This document shows positions 55,331-64,000 of a stretch of 64,000 nt of DNA, piece by piece. Origin of the DNA: an uncultured delta proteobacterium (GTDB lineage: Bacteria > Desulfobacterota > Desulfobaccia > Desulfobaccales > 0-14-0-80-60-11). The DNA is taken from positions 2,109,326-2,173,325 of the forward strand of contig OY969108.1 of the NCBI GenBank assembly GCA_963697965.1, read 5' to 3'. The translations under genes were made by a program, and so were the position numbers. Numbering within the stretch: position 1 is the first letter of the stretch; the number at the start of each line of letters is the position of its first letter. The notes under the pieces were generated by a model. The model was not told the origin of the DNA and searched no databases. It saw nothing but the letters and a program-made list of their open reading frames with translations.

Positions 55331-56298
55331 ATTGAATACTGTTTTGCCTCCCCGGCCGGCGCCGGGAAGTGGATATGAGAAAGCATCCCGGCGACGAGAT
55401 AGATCTTATATAAGGTGTTGAGCCATTTATTGGGTTGGGGGACGTACTCCAGGACCGGCCGCCGCCCCTGGCTCCACTCTACCAGGAACTGGGTGAAGAT
55501 GATCCACTGCATCAATTCATCCGGCTCCTGGATGGCCGATGGATAATAGCGAAACTCGATGGTGCCCCGGTACCAGTAGGAGTGCAGGTTGAGGCCGTGG
55601 TAGCGCGTGGGATGCATCTTGCGGCGCCGCGGAGTCTTGAGGTCATCCCGGTTCTGAGCGGAATACCAGAGGCTGCGCACCCGGGGGATCGGCTGGTCAC
55701 AACCCTCCCGCTGGTACCAATCGCACAGATCCACCTCCAGAGGCCGGCAGGTTTCGGCCTGGCGCCGCTCCTCCGGCAATAACTGATATATATGGCCCTC
55801 AAAGATGGAAATGATCCGCAGCAACTGAAAGAGTTGGCGATTGCCGTAATGGGTCCGGTCCACCCCGTGATGTACATGGAAGCCGCAGCTTTCGTTGGCC
55901 AGGATCTCGGGAAACTCCTGGAGCAGTGAAAGCACCCGGTAAACCTGGGCCAGGCCCGGCAGGCCGGAAAGGACGGGGCTCACCAGTTCGCTGCCGCCGG
56001 CCCCCTTAATGGTGTCATCCAGGACGCAAGTCCACGCCTGGTAAGCCGGTTCATCATGGGAGAAGCCGTTCAGGACCAGGTCCTGGTCTTGAAAAACTTG
56101 GGGAAGCCGCCTCCCATCCCGGGTGCGGTTCATGATCTGGTAAGGTGGAATTACTTGGCGGTCGCCGGCGGTGATGGAATATTTCAGCCCGAAGATTTCG
56201 ATCTCCACCCCGAAAGGCCGGTCACTAAAGTATCTCAGCATGGGGTGCTTCTCTTTGAGCCGGGTTTCCCACAAACCAGAGCCCCCCACCTTGGCCAT
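55327..56298 (-). CDS. Putative amidoligase enzyme (COOH-NH2 ligase, type 2 fold)
   Basis: FGVEIE, DDTI...ELVSPVL, CGFHVH, RYHGLNL, TIEFR motifs. Confidence 0.85.
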   Translation of the reverse strand: MAKVGGSGLWETRLKEKHPMLRYFSDRPFGVEIEIFGLKYSITAGDRQVIPPYQIMNRTRDGRRLPQVFQDQDLVLNGFSHDEPAYQAWTCVLDDTIKGAGGSELVSPVLSGLPGLAQVYRVLSLLQEFPEILANESCGFHVHHGVDRTHYGNRQLFQLLRIISIFEGHIYQLLPEERRQAETCRPLEVDLCDWYQREGCDQPIPRVRSLWYSAQNRDDLKTPRRRKMHPTRYHGLNLHSYWYRGTIEFRYYPSAIQEPDELMQWIIFTQFLVEWSQGRRPVLEYVPQPNKWLNTLYKIYLVAGMLSHIHFPAPAGEAKQYSI

Positions 56299-56594
56299 TT
56301 CCCCCTCTCTTTAAAATACCGGTGACCGGAAGCGGATTCACCCCTGGGGGGCGGCCACTCGCCGGGGCCGGCATGCCCTCTAATGAAAATGTTCCTGAAT
56401 ACAAAATAGCGCAAAAGCCGGTCAGGAGCAAGCTAATTCCTGGGAGCTGGGCTTCAGCCCCGGCCCATACCGTGGCCACACCCCTGCCTCGCGCACCCTT
56501 CCCTCCCGGAAAGGCGCACCCCTTCCTTCCTGACAGATAATCCAGGGATTAAACAGTGGCAGCCGGATAGAAACGGCCGGCTCTTAGAGGGGGT

Positions 56595-57425
56595 TTAATA
56601 CTTGGGGTACTGCACTTCAAAGACGCGTTTGGCCACCACGAAGGTGTCTTGGTAGTACTGCTCCCGCAAATCCGTGACTGTCACGCCGTTGCGCGGGTTG
56701 GAGGCGTGAATCATCTTCCCGTCCCCCAGGTAGATGCCGGCGTGTCCCACATGACCATCCCGCCGGAAGAACAGCAGATCCCCGGGAAGCAACTTGGAGA
56801 AATCCATATCGTGGGTCACGACCTTGCCCACCTCGGCCTGCTCGGCGCTGGACCTGGGCAGGTTGATCTTAAAACCATGGTAAATATATTGGACAAAACC
56901 GGAACAATCAGTGGCATTGCTGTTCTGAAAAGAGCAGCCGCGGGCGTAAGGGAAGTTCCGATAGTGCTCGGCCTCGGCCAGAACCAAATCCGAGAAACCC
57001 CAGGGCTCAAACCGGTTGAATTGGTGCTCCCCCTGCGGCAGGGAGCTTTGGTCCCGGTCCACTTCCGTATTGGAGGAAGGCTTGTTCAAGGCAGCCCCGT
57101 TTTTCTTGGGCCCTAAGGGTTCTAGGAGAAATCCGCCATCCCTTTGGGGGGTGACCTTCATCAAGGGGGTGCTATCGTAACTGCGGGCGCTGGCTTGCGG
57201 CACCATGGAAGATTCCACGGCCTCGCCGCTATCCTCCCGGTAATGCCTGTGGTGGCTGGGTTGGGACTTTTTGGTGTATTTGCTTTTTTTGCTGTCCTCT
57301 CTCTGCGAATTGGCAGAGCAAGGCTTCTTCTTGTGGACGCTTTTGGTGGGTAGTGAAAATGCCAGACTCGGTGCGAAGGCTAATGCCAGGGTGACTACCG
57401 TGCTCACAATTATCCGCTTTGCCAT
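56595..57425 (-). CDS. NlpC/P60 (C40) peptidoglycan hydrolase
   Basis: Signal peptide; DCSGFVQYIY, LPRSS, PGDLLFF, HAGIYLG, MIHAS; start MAKR after AAGGAGG. Confidence 0.92.
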   Translation of the reverse strand: MAKRIIVSTVVTLALAFAPSLAFSLPTKSVHKKKPCSANSQREDSKKSKYTKKSQPSHHRHYREDSGEAVESSMVPQASARSYDSTPLMKVTPQRDGGFLLEPLGPKKNGAALNKPSSNTEVDRDQSSLPQGEHQFNRFEPWGFSDLVLAEAEHYRNFPYARGCSFQNSNATDCSGFVQYIYHGFKINLPRSSAEQAEVGKVVTHDMDFSKLLPGDLLFFRRDGHVGHAGIYLGDGKMIHASNPRNGVTVTDLREQYYQDTFVVAKRVFEVQYPKY

Positions 57426-57511
57426 CCAGTACCTCCTTGGTGATGGGACCATTCGGAGGGGGCTATCTGGATCTTCAGCCCCGGACAATTGACTTCTTTG
57501 AAAAGAGCCCT

Positions 57512-57551
57512 TAGGTAAAACTACCTACGCATACCTAGGTAAACTTACCTA
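57512..57551. promoter_or_regulatory. Two tandem TAGGTA-N4-TACCTA palindromes (putative operators)
   Basis: taggtaaaactaccta (57512-57527) and taggtaaacttaccta (57536-57551), 24-bp period. Confidence 0.65.
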
Positions 57552-57563
57552 GATATTGAGGCG

Positions 57564-57592
57564 ACTTTAAAACATTTGCAATCCGTTGTCAA
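57564..57592 (-). promoter_or_regulatory. Sigma70 promoter for the NlpC/P60 gene
   Basis: Minus strand TTGACA-N17-TAAAGT. Confidence 0.65.
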
Positions 57593-57755
57593 ACATTTTT
57601 TTCTTGCGGCTAGACGCTGTAACCAGGTTTGCCTTGCGTTATCAATAAAATAACTTGGGTAATTTTTTAGGCTGGGCAGAAGACCCAAGATTGGCAGAGC
57701 CAAGCGCTGCAGGTTTAGGGGGACAAGTCTCCTTGCCCCCGGGGCTGAATTTAAT

Positions 57756-58163
57756 TTAGCTGGCCGCGGCCTTTTTGGCCTTGGTTTTGGCCTTGGGCAG
57801 CTTCTCCGGACGATCCACCAACTCGAGTATGGACATGGGGGCGGCGTCTCCCAGCCGCACCCCCACGGAAACGATGCGGGTATAGCCGCCAGGGCGGTCC
57901 TGGTAACGCTCCCTCAGTTCTCCGAAGAGCTTGGCCACCACCTTTTTGGAACGCACCACCGCCTGGGTCAGGCGCCGGGCATGCAGGTCACCCCTTTTAG
58001 CCAGGGTAATGACCTTCTCGGCCCACTGACGCGCCTCCTTGGCCTTGGCCCGGGTGGTCTCCACCCGCTCCTGCTCCAGCAGGGCGGTGATCAGATTACG
58101 CAGCATGGCCTGGCGATGCTCCGTGGTGCGGGAGAGGCGCCGGCCGGCTTTTAAGTGCCTCAT
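57756..58163 (-). CDS. rplQ: 50S ribosomal protein L17
   Basis: [25 protein letters not shown]. Confidence 0.98.
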   Translation of the reverse strand: MRHLKAGRRLSRTTEHRQAMLRNLITALLEQERVETTRAKAKEARQWAEKVITLAKRGDLHARRLTQAVVRSKKVVAKLFGELRERYQDRPGGYTRIVSVGVRLGDAAPMSILELVDRPEKLPKAKTKAKKAAAS

Positions 58164-59173
58164 GCGACTTCTTCCTTCCTTTCCGTGGTCTGATCCGGTG
58201 GGGTGAAGGTTTCCAACTTCATTCCCAGGTGCAACCCCATCTCCTGGAGAATCTCTTTGATCTCATTCAAGGACTTGCGCCCAAAATTCTTGGTTTTCAG
58301 CATCTCCTGCTCAGTCTTTTGCACCAACTCGCCTATGAAGCGGATGTTGGCGTTGCGCAGGCAATTAGCGGCTCGCACCGACAACTCCAGTTCATTGACG
58401 CTGCGATAGAGGTTCTCATTCAGGACGGGAGGCTCCTCCATGGCCTTCTCCTCCAGTCCGCTGGGTTCCTCTTCGAAGTTGATGAACATGATGAGATGCT
58501 CTTTCAGGATCTTGGCGGCATAGGCCACCGCGTTCTCCGGGGTGAGGCTGCCATCGGTGGTGACGTCCAGGGTCAGCTTGTCATAATCGGTGCGCTGACC
58601 CACCCGGGCCTGGGTAACCACGTAATTCACCTTGCGGATGGGAGAGAAGCTGGCGTCCAGCGGGATATAGCCGATGGGCTGATCCTCTTCCTTATTGGCT
58701 TCCGCCGGCACAAAACCCTTGCCGCTCTTGACCGTCATTTCCAGGCTCAGTTGGCCGTCCCCGGCGAGAGAGGCGATATAATGATCGGGGTTGAGGATCT
58801 CCACCATTCCATCCGTTTTGATATCGCCGGCCTTGACCTGCTTTTCACCCGAGGCCTCCAGGTGCAGGATCCGGACGCCGTTGGTGAGCATCTTCAGACG
58901 CACCTGCTTCAGGTTGAGGAGGATTTCAGTGACATCCTCGCGCACCCCGGGGATGGCGGAAAACTCGTGGTGCACATCCTTGATGCGCACTGCGGTAATG
59001 GCCGCACCCCTAAGGGATGACAGCAAGACCCGACGCAGGGCGTTTCCCAGGGTGGTGCCGAAGCCGCGTTCCAGGGGCTCAGCCGTGAATTTGCCATAGT
59101 CACGCCTGTGGCTCTCGGAATCCACCTCCAGGCGTTTGGGCTTGATGATGTCGCTCCAGTTTTTCTGGATCAT
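58160..59173 (-). CDS. rpoA: RNA polymerase alpha subunit
   Basis: [37 protein letters not shown]. Confidence 0.98.
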   Translation of the reverse strand: MIQKNWSDIIKPKRLEVDSESHRRDYGKFTAEPLERGFGTTLGNALRRVLLSSLRGAAITAVRIKDVHHEFSAIPGVREDVTEILLNLKQVRLKMLTNGVRILHLEASGEKQVKAGDIKTDGMVEILNPDHYIASLAGDGQLSLEMTVKSGKGFVPAEANKEEDQPIGYIPLDASFSPIRKVNYVVTQARVGQRTDYDKLTLDVTTDGSLTPENAVAYAAKILKEHLIMFINFEEEPSGLEEKAMEEPPVLNENLYRSVNELELSVRAANCLRNANIRFIGELVQKTEQEMLKTKNFGRKSLNEIKEILQEMGLHLGMKLETFTPPDQTTERKEEVA

Positions 59174-59302
59174 GGTGCCTCGTTCTGATTACTCGGATTC
59201 ATTAACTCTTAACGCCGGCTGCCAAAGAAAAAACCGGCGGCAGCCCCGTCTTATCTAGCAGCCGGGTGAGCCGATCTCCGAGCCATAAAGGATCATGATT
59301 CT

Positions 59303-59929
59303 CTATTTGGAATAAAGCTCCACAATGAGATGTTCTTGAATGGGCATGGTGATATCTTCCCGGTTGGGGAACAAGATTACCCGGCCCTGGGCCTCTTCCT
59401 TGTTGAACTCCAGCCAGGAGGGACAGCCTCGCCGGGCCACTGCTTCCATGGCATCGCGGATCAGCGGCAGGTTGCGGCCTTTTTCCGTGGCCTGGACCAG
59501 GTCCCCCTTGCGCACCAGGAACGAGGGCAGATTCACCCTGGCGCCGTTGACCAGCACGAGGTTGTGCCGCACCAATTGCCGGGCTTGGGAACGGGAGTTG
59601 GCGAAACCCAGCCGATACACCACATTGTCCAGGCGCCGCTCCAGCAGGACCAACAGGTTTGTCCCGGTCACCCCTTTCTGCCGTTCGGCCTTCTCGAAAT
59701 AAACGCTGAATTGTTTCTCCAACACTCCATAGATGCGTCTCACCTTTTGCTTTTCCCGGAGCTGCGTGCCGTAGTCGGATATCTTGCTCCGCCGCTGGCC
59801 ATGCTGTCCCGGCGGATAGTGGCGCCGCTCAATGGCGCATTTATCCGTGTAACAGCGGTCTCCTTTAAGGTAGAGCTGCATGCCTTCCCGGCGGCAAAGC
59901 CGGCAAACCGGTCCAATATATCTAGCCAA
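59303..59929 (-). CDS. rpsD: 30S ribosomal protein S4 (zinc-ribbon type)
   Basis: [38 protein letters not shown]. Confidence 0.98.
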   Translation of the reverse strand: MARYIGPVCRLCRREGMQLYLKGDRCYTDKCAIERRHYPPGQHGQRRSKISDYGTQLREKQKVRRIYGVLEKQFSVYFEKAERQKGVTGTNLLVLLERRLDNVVYRLGFANSRSQARQLVRHNLVLVNGARVNLPSFLVRKGDLVQATEKGRNLPLIRDAMEAVARRGCPSWLEFNKEEAQGRVILFPNREDITMPIQEHLIVELYSK

Positions 59930-59946
59930 TTTCGATCACCTCTTCG

Positions 59947-60339
59947 CTATACCCGGCGACGTTTAGGAGGACGACAGCCGTTGTGGGGAATGGGGCTGAC
60001 GTCCCTGATCAGGTTGATGGACAGACCCGCGGCCTGCAAAGCCCTGAGCGCCGCCTCCCGGCCTGCCCCGGGCCCTTTGACGTAGACATCGACGTTGCGC
60101 AGGCCGTGTTCCATGGCCTTCTTGGCCGCGTCCTGGGCCGCCAGCTGGGCGGCAAAGGGAGTGCCTTTGCGGGAGCCCTTGAAACCCTGGACCCCGGAAG
60201 AGGACCAGGAGATCACGTTACCCGCGGGATCGGTGATGGTCACCAGGGTGTTGTTGAAGGTGGCCTTGATGTGAGCCACTCCGACGGGAATATTCTTCCG
60301 CTCTTTCTTTTTCTTGGTACGAACCGGCGCTTTGGCCAT
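59947..60339 (-). CDS. rpsK: 30S ribosomal protein S11
   Basis: [28 protein letters not shown]. Confidence 0.98.
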   Translation of the reverse strand: MAKAPVRTKKKKERKNIPVGVAHIKATFNNTLVTITDPAGNVISWSSSGVQGFKGSRKGTPFAAQLAAQDAAKKAMEHGLRNVDVYVKGPGAGREAALRALQAAGLSINLIRDVSPIPHNGCRPPKRRRV

Positions 60340-60348
60340 CCTGCCTCC

Positions 60349-60723
60349 TTAGGCCTTCTTCCGTTTGCCCACCACGCTGCGCCGCGGGCCTTTGCGGGTG
60401 CGGGCATTGGTGTGGGTGCGCTGGCCCCGGACCGGCAATCCCCGGCGGTGCCGTAACCCCCGGTAACAGCCCAGGTCCATCAGGCGCTTGATGTTCATCG
60501 ACACTTCCCGGCGCAGGTCGCCCTCCACCTTACAGGTATGGTCGATCGACTGGCGGATGTTGGTGATTTCGGCGTCAGTCAAATCACCCGTCTTGGCGGC
60601 TGCGTCCACCCCGGCCTCCTTGAGCACCCGGATGGAGGTGCTGCGGCCAATGCCGAAAATATAGGTAAGGGCAATCGCGATCTGCTTGTTCCGGGGCAGG
60701 TCGATCCCTGCGATCCTGGCCAA
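60349..60723 (-). CDS. rpsM: 30S ribosomal protein S13
   Basis: [29 protein letters not shown]. Confidence 0.98.
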   Translation of the reverse strand: MARIAGIDLPRNKQIAIALTYIFGIGRSTSIRVLKEAGVDAAAKTGDLTDAEITNIRQSIDHTCKVEGDLRREVSMNIKRLMDLGCYRGLRHRRGLPVRGQRTHTNARTRKGPRRSVVGKRKKA

Positions 60724-60737
60724 TTGTTCTCCTCCCT

Positions 60738-60854
60738 CTAACCCTGGCGCTGCTTGTGTTTGGGATTATCCTTGCAGATCACCCGCACCACGCCTTTCCG
60801 GCGAATAATCTTGCATTTGGCGCACATGCGTTTGACTGACGATCTTACCTTCAT
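60738..60854 (-). CDS. rpmJ: 50S ribosomal protein L36 (absent from the ORF track)
   Basis: Manual translation [38 protein letters not shown]. Confidence 0.97.
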   Translation of the reverse strand: MKVRSSVKRMCAKCKIIRRKGVVRVICKDNPKHKQRQG

Positions 60855-60863
60855 CTTTGGCTC

Positions 60864-61082
60864 CTATCTGACCCGGTAAACGATGCGCCCCCGGCTCAGG
60901 TCGTAAGGCGACAATTCCAGGATGACTTTATCCCCCGGGAGAATCTTGATGTAATGCATCCGCATCTTCCCGGAAATGTGAGCCAGCACCTTGTGCCCGT
61001 TGGGCAGCTCCACCCGAAACATGGCATTGGGCAAGGGCTCGATTACCGTCCCTTCAACTTCGATGGCGTCTTCCTTGGGCAT
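60864..61082 (-). CDS. infA: Translation initiation factor IF-1
   Basis: [34 protein letters not shown]. Confidence 0.98.
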   Translation of the reverse strand: MPKEDAIEVEGTVIEPLPNAMFRVELPNGHKVLAHISGKMRMHYIKILPGDKVILELSPYDLSRGRIVYRVR

Positions 61083-61119
61083 ATACCTTATCTTTACAGT
61101 TATTTCAAGAGGTTACTCT

Positions 61120-61148
61120 ATGATAATCCATCATTCTCATAAAATCAA
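61120..61148 (-). promoter_or_regulatory. Putative sigma70 promoter for infA-rpmJ-alpha operon
   Basis: Minus strand TTGATT-N17-TATCAT. Confidence 0.55.
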
Positions 61149-61225
61149 GGGTCGCGCGCCGCCCGAAGAGGCGGCTCGCTGTAGGGTGGGCATTACCCAC
61201 CACTTCCTTAGTTCAGCCCCCGCCC

Positions 61226-61972
61226 CTAGAGGCGGCTCAAGATCAAGGGCCCCTCAGCAGTCACCGCCACGGTGTGCTCGAAATGGGCGGCGCAGGAGCC
61301 GTCCTGGGTCACCGCAGTCCAGCCGTCCTCCAGGATGCGCACCTGCCAGGCCCCCAGGGACGTCATGGGCTCGATGGCCAGGGTCATACCCGCCTGCAGC
61401 CGCGGCCCTCGTCCCGGCGCCCCGAAATTGGGGATCTGGGGGTCTTCATGGAGCGAGCGGCCGATGCCGTGGCCCACGAACTCCCGGATCACCCCAAAGC
61501 CGGCGTCCTCCACCATGGCCTGCACCGCATGCGAGATGTCCGTGAGGTGCCGTCCCACCTTGGCCTGGTTGATACCGGCGTACAGGGCCTGCTCGGTGGC
61601 CGCCATCAGGGCCTGGCACCGGGGATCCACTTCCCCCACCGCCAGGGTGAGGGCCGCATCCCCATAATAGCCCTGGTATTTCACCCCGAAGTCCAGGCTC
61701 ACCAAATCCCCGGATTGGATGCGCCTGCTTCCCGGAATCCCATGGACGATCTCTTCATTTACCGATACACAGATGGAGCGGGGATAACCCCGGTAGCCCT
61801 TGAAGGCCGGCTCCACCTGGCGGCTGCGGCACATCTCTTCCGCCAGTTCGTCCAGTTCCCGGGTTTCCACCCCGGGTTGCACCCGTTCTTGCACCCCCGC
61901 CAGGATTTCCGCCACGATGCGGTTGGCCACTTCCATCTTGGCAAGCTCCTGGGGAGTTTTCAGCAGAATCAT
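61226..61972 (-). CDS. map: Type I methionine aminopeptidase
   Basis: CVSVNEEIVHGIP, DFGV...GDAA, GHGIG..LHEDP, AIEPM, AHFEHT. Confidence 0.97.
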   Translation of the reverse strand: MILLKTPQELAKMEVANRIVAEILAGVQERVQPGVETRELDELAEEMCRSRQVEPAFKGYRGYPRSICVSVNEEIVHGIPGSRRIQSGDLVSLDFGVKYQGYYGDAALTLAVGEVDPRCQALMAATEQALYAGINQAKVGRHLTDISHAVQAMVEDAGFGVIREFVGHGIGRSLHEDPQIPNFGAPGRGPRLQAGMTLAIEPMTSLGAWQVRILEDGWTAVTQDGSCAAHFEHTVAVTAEGPLILSRL

Positions 61973-62012
61973 ATATCCCGGCGAGACCTTTTCGCCGTCC
62001 CCTCACCGCCGC

Positions 62013-62699
62013 TTAGCAGCACTTGCAGGAACCTACCGAGGTGCTCCGGGGGTGGTCCAGGATAGTGACGATCTTATTAAAGATGTCCTCGATGCTTCCC
62101 ACCCCGGCGATGGGCCGCACGAGGCCCTTCTTGCTGTAGTATTCGATAAGCGGCTTGGTGGCCTGGTTATATGTGGCCAGGCGGGAGCGCACCGTGGTCT
62201 CGTTGTCATCATCCCGCTGATAGAGTTCGCTGCCGCATTTGTCGCACACCTGGTCCTTCTTGGGCGGAGTGAACTTGACATGGTACATCTGGCCGCAAGC
62301 CGCACTTTTGCAGGTGCGCCTGCCGGTGAGCCGCGTTACCAGGGCCTCTTCGTCCACGTCTATGGAGACTACGTGGTCGATCTTGCTGTCCAGGCTCGCC
62401 AGCACCTTGCCCAGGGCCTCGGCCTGGGGCACAGTGCGGGGGAAGCCGTCCAGGATAAAGCCTTTCCGGCAGTCCGGCTGCGCCAGGCGGTCCTTGATGA
62501 TGCCGATGACCACCTCATCCGGCACCAGTTTGCCGGCATCCATGTATTCCTTGGCCTTCCGCCCCATTTCGGTGCCTTCTTTAACCGCGGCGCGCAGGAT
62601 GTCCCCGGTGGAGATCTGGGGAATACCGTACTTATCGATAAGTTTCTTCGCCTGGGTGCCTTTTCCGGCCCCCGGGCCGCCCAACAGAATAAGATTCAT
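62013..62699 (-). CDS. adk: Adenylate kinase
   Basis: GGPGAGKGTQA, ISTGDILR, LDGFPRT, Cys-type LID, QRDDD. Confidence 0.97.
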   Translation of the reverse strand: MNLILLGGPGAGKGTQAKKLIDKYGIPQISTGDILRAAVKEGTEMGRKAKEYMDAGKLVPDEVVIGIIKDRLAQPDCRKGFILDGFPRTVPQAEALGKVLASLDSKIDHVVSIDVDEEALVTRLTGRRTCKSAACGQMYHVKFTPPKKDQVCDKCGSELYQRDDDNETTVRSRLATYNQATKPLIEYYSKKGLVRPIAGVGSIEDIFNKIVTILDHPRSTSVGSCKCC

Positions 62700-62719
62700 A
62701 TCTTCTCCCCCCTCTCAGG

Positions 62720-64000
62720 TCACCTTCTCATCCGGCTCATGCGCTTTTTCATGAAACCCTCGTAATGGCGGGTGAGCAAATGCGATTCGATCTGGCTCAT
62801 GGTATCCATGGCCACCCCCACCACGATCAAGAGGGCCGTCCCACCGAAATAAAAGGGGACATTAAACTTGCGAATCAAAATACTGGGCAACACACAGACC
62901 GCCGAAACGTACACCGCGCCCCCCAGGGTGATGCGGGTCAGAATGCGGTCGATATAATCCGAGGTGGGTTTCCCGGGCCGCAACCCAGGGACATAACCGC
63001 CCCATTTCTTCAAATTGTCCGCCACGTCCACCGGGTTGAAGGTCACCGCGGTGTAGAAATAGCAGAAGAAAAAGATGAGAACCACGTATACCAGGTCGTG
63101 GAGCGCGCCCCCGGGACTCACGGTATCCATGGCGTGTTGGACCCAATCAACGTGAACAAAGGTCTTGATGGTGGCCGGAAACATCAGGAGCGACGACGCG
63201 AAAATAGGCGGTATGACCCCGGAGGTGTTCACCTTCAGCGGCAGGTGGGTGGTGGTGCCACCCATCATGCGGCGGCCCACCACCCGCCGGGCGTACTGCA
63301 CCTGGATGCGGCGCTGGGCCCGCTCCACAAAGACGATAAAGGCCACTACCGCGACCATGGCGATCACCAGCAGCACCATGAAAATAGGATAAATCTCCCC
63401 GGCGCTGATCAACTGGAAAGTACTGATAATGGCCGACGGGAGCCTCGCCACGATGCCCGCGAAGATGATCAGGGAGATGCCGTTGCCGATACCCCGTTCG
63501 GTAATCATTTCCCCCAGCCACATGATGAAGGTGGTGCCCGCAGTGAGGGTGATCACCGTCATCAGGCGGAAGGCCCAACCGGGGTGGACCACCACCGGCA
63601 TATGGTTGGCTCCGCCCGTCATCTGCTCCAGGCCCCAGGCGATCCCCAGACCCTGGACGGCGCAGATTAGCACCGTCCCGTACCGGGTGTATTGCTTGAT
63701 CTTCTTCTGGCCCGCCTCCCCTTCTTTATACAGCTTCTCAATCGACGGCAGCACCACCTTGAGTAGTTCGATGATGATGGAGGCGCTGATGTAAGGCATG
63801 ATCCCCAGGGCGAAGACCGCAAACCTCTGCAGGGCGCCGCCCGAAAACATGTCGAACAGGCCGAAAATAGTGCCCCGCTGCGCCGCGAAGAAGGCCATCA
63901 GGGCTTGCGGATCGATCCCCGGGGTGGGAATATGGCAGCCCAGACGATAAACGGCCAGCATCAGCATGGTAAAGATGATGCGCCGTTTCAACTCGGGGAT
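62720..64000 (-). CDS. secY: Preprotein translocase SecY (N-terminus beyond window end)
   Basis: FALGIMPYISASII, ITERGIGNGISLIIF, GVIPPIFA, FYFGGTALLIVVGV. Confidence 0.97.
   Translation of the reverse strand: MPELKRRIIFTMLMLAVYRLGCHIPTPGIDPQALMAFFAAQRGTIFGLFDMFSGGALQRFAVFALGIMPYISASIIIELLKVVLPSIEKLYKEGEAGQKKIKQYTRYGTVLICAVQGLGIAWGLEQMTGGANHMPVVVHPGWAFRLMTVITLTAGTTFIMWLGEMITERGIGNGISLIIFAGIVARLPSAIISTFQLISAGEIYPIFMVLLVIAMVAVVAFIVFVERAQRRIQVQYARRVVGRRMMGGTTTHLPLKVNTSGVIPPIFASSLLMFPATIKTFVHVDWVQHAMDTVSPGGALHDLVYVVLIFFFCYFYTAVTFNPVDVADNLKKWGGYVPGLRPGKPTSDYIDRILTRITLGGAVYVSAVCVLPSILIRKFNVPFYFGGTALLIVVGVAMDTMSQIESHLLTRHYEGFMKKRMSRMRR

Noticed and set aside
56322-56350. Minus-strand GGGGGTGAATCC resembling the c-di-AMP riboswitch core upstream of the amidoligase
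   Set aside because: The downstream CCCG..CAGCUAA and upstream GGAACC elements are absent; it is explained by a local GGTGA/TCACC hairpin

Overview
GC-rich (roughly 60%) bacterial chromosome segment. Gene content suggests an anaerobic deltaproteobacterium, Desulfobacca/Syntrophobacterales-like (inference). Left part: Mla/Mce ABC transporter; a secreted His/Tyr/Pro/Gly-repeat protein; a qNor cluster (histidine kinase, qNor, cupin, two ferredoxins); an AAA ATPase; a LIV-type ABC transporter with two class III CoA-transferases, one lacking the catalytic Asp; an M16 protease; a standalone DAC (diadenylate cyclase-like) protein; flavin oxidoreductases; and a Kup K+ transporter with a structured leader. 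Centre: an 11-subunit complex I-like operon (nuoABCDHIJKLMN, no nuoEFG) with a frameshift in nuoL. Right part: a sigma-54 activator lacking a sensor domain; B12 radical SAM and DUF3786; the AGT-serA-DUF1844-ispE-prs-pth operon; two divergent paralogs of an unknown family flanking an MBL-hydrolase-TPR gene; a PAS histidine kinase; a putative amidoligase with a small Cys-rich partner; an NlpC/P60 gene with tandem palindromic operators; and the secY-adk-map-infA-rpmJ-rpsMKD-rpoA-rplQ cluster. Intergenic DNA holds several repeat families: GTAG-type REPs, a ~170-bp heptamer-armed hairpin element in 3 copies, and a 229-bp MITE with a 9-bp target duplication nested inside one of those copies. I found no tRNA, rRNA or CRISPR array. 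All family assignments come from motif recognition by eye; no database searches were run.
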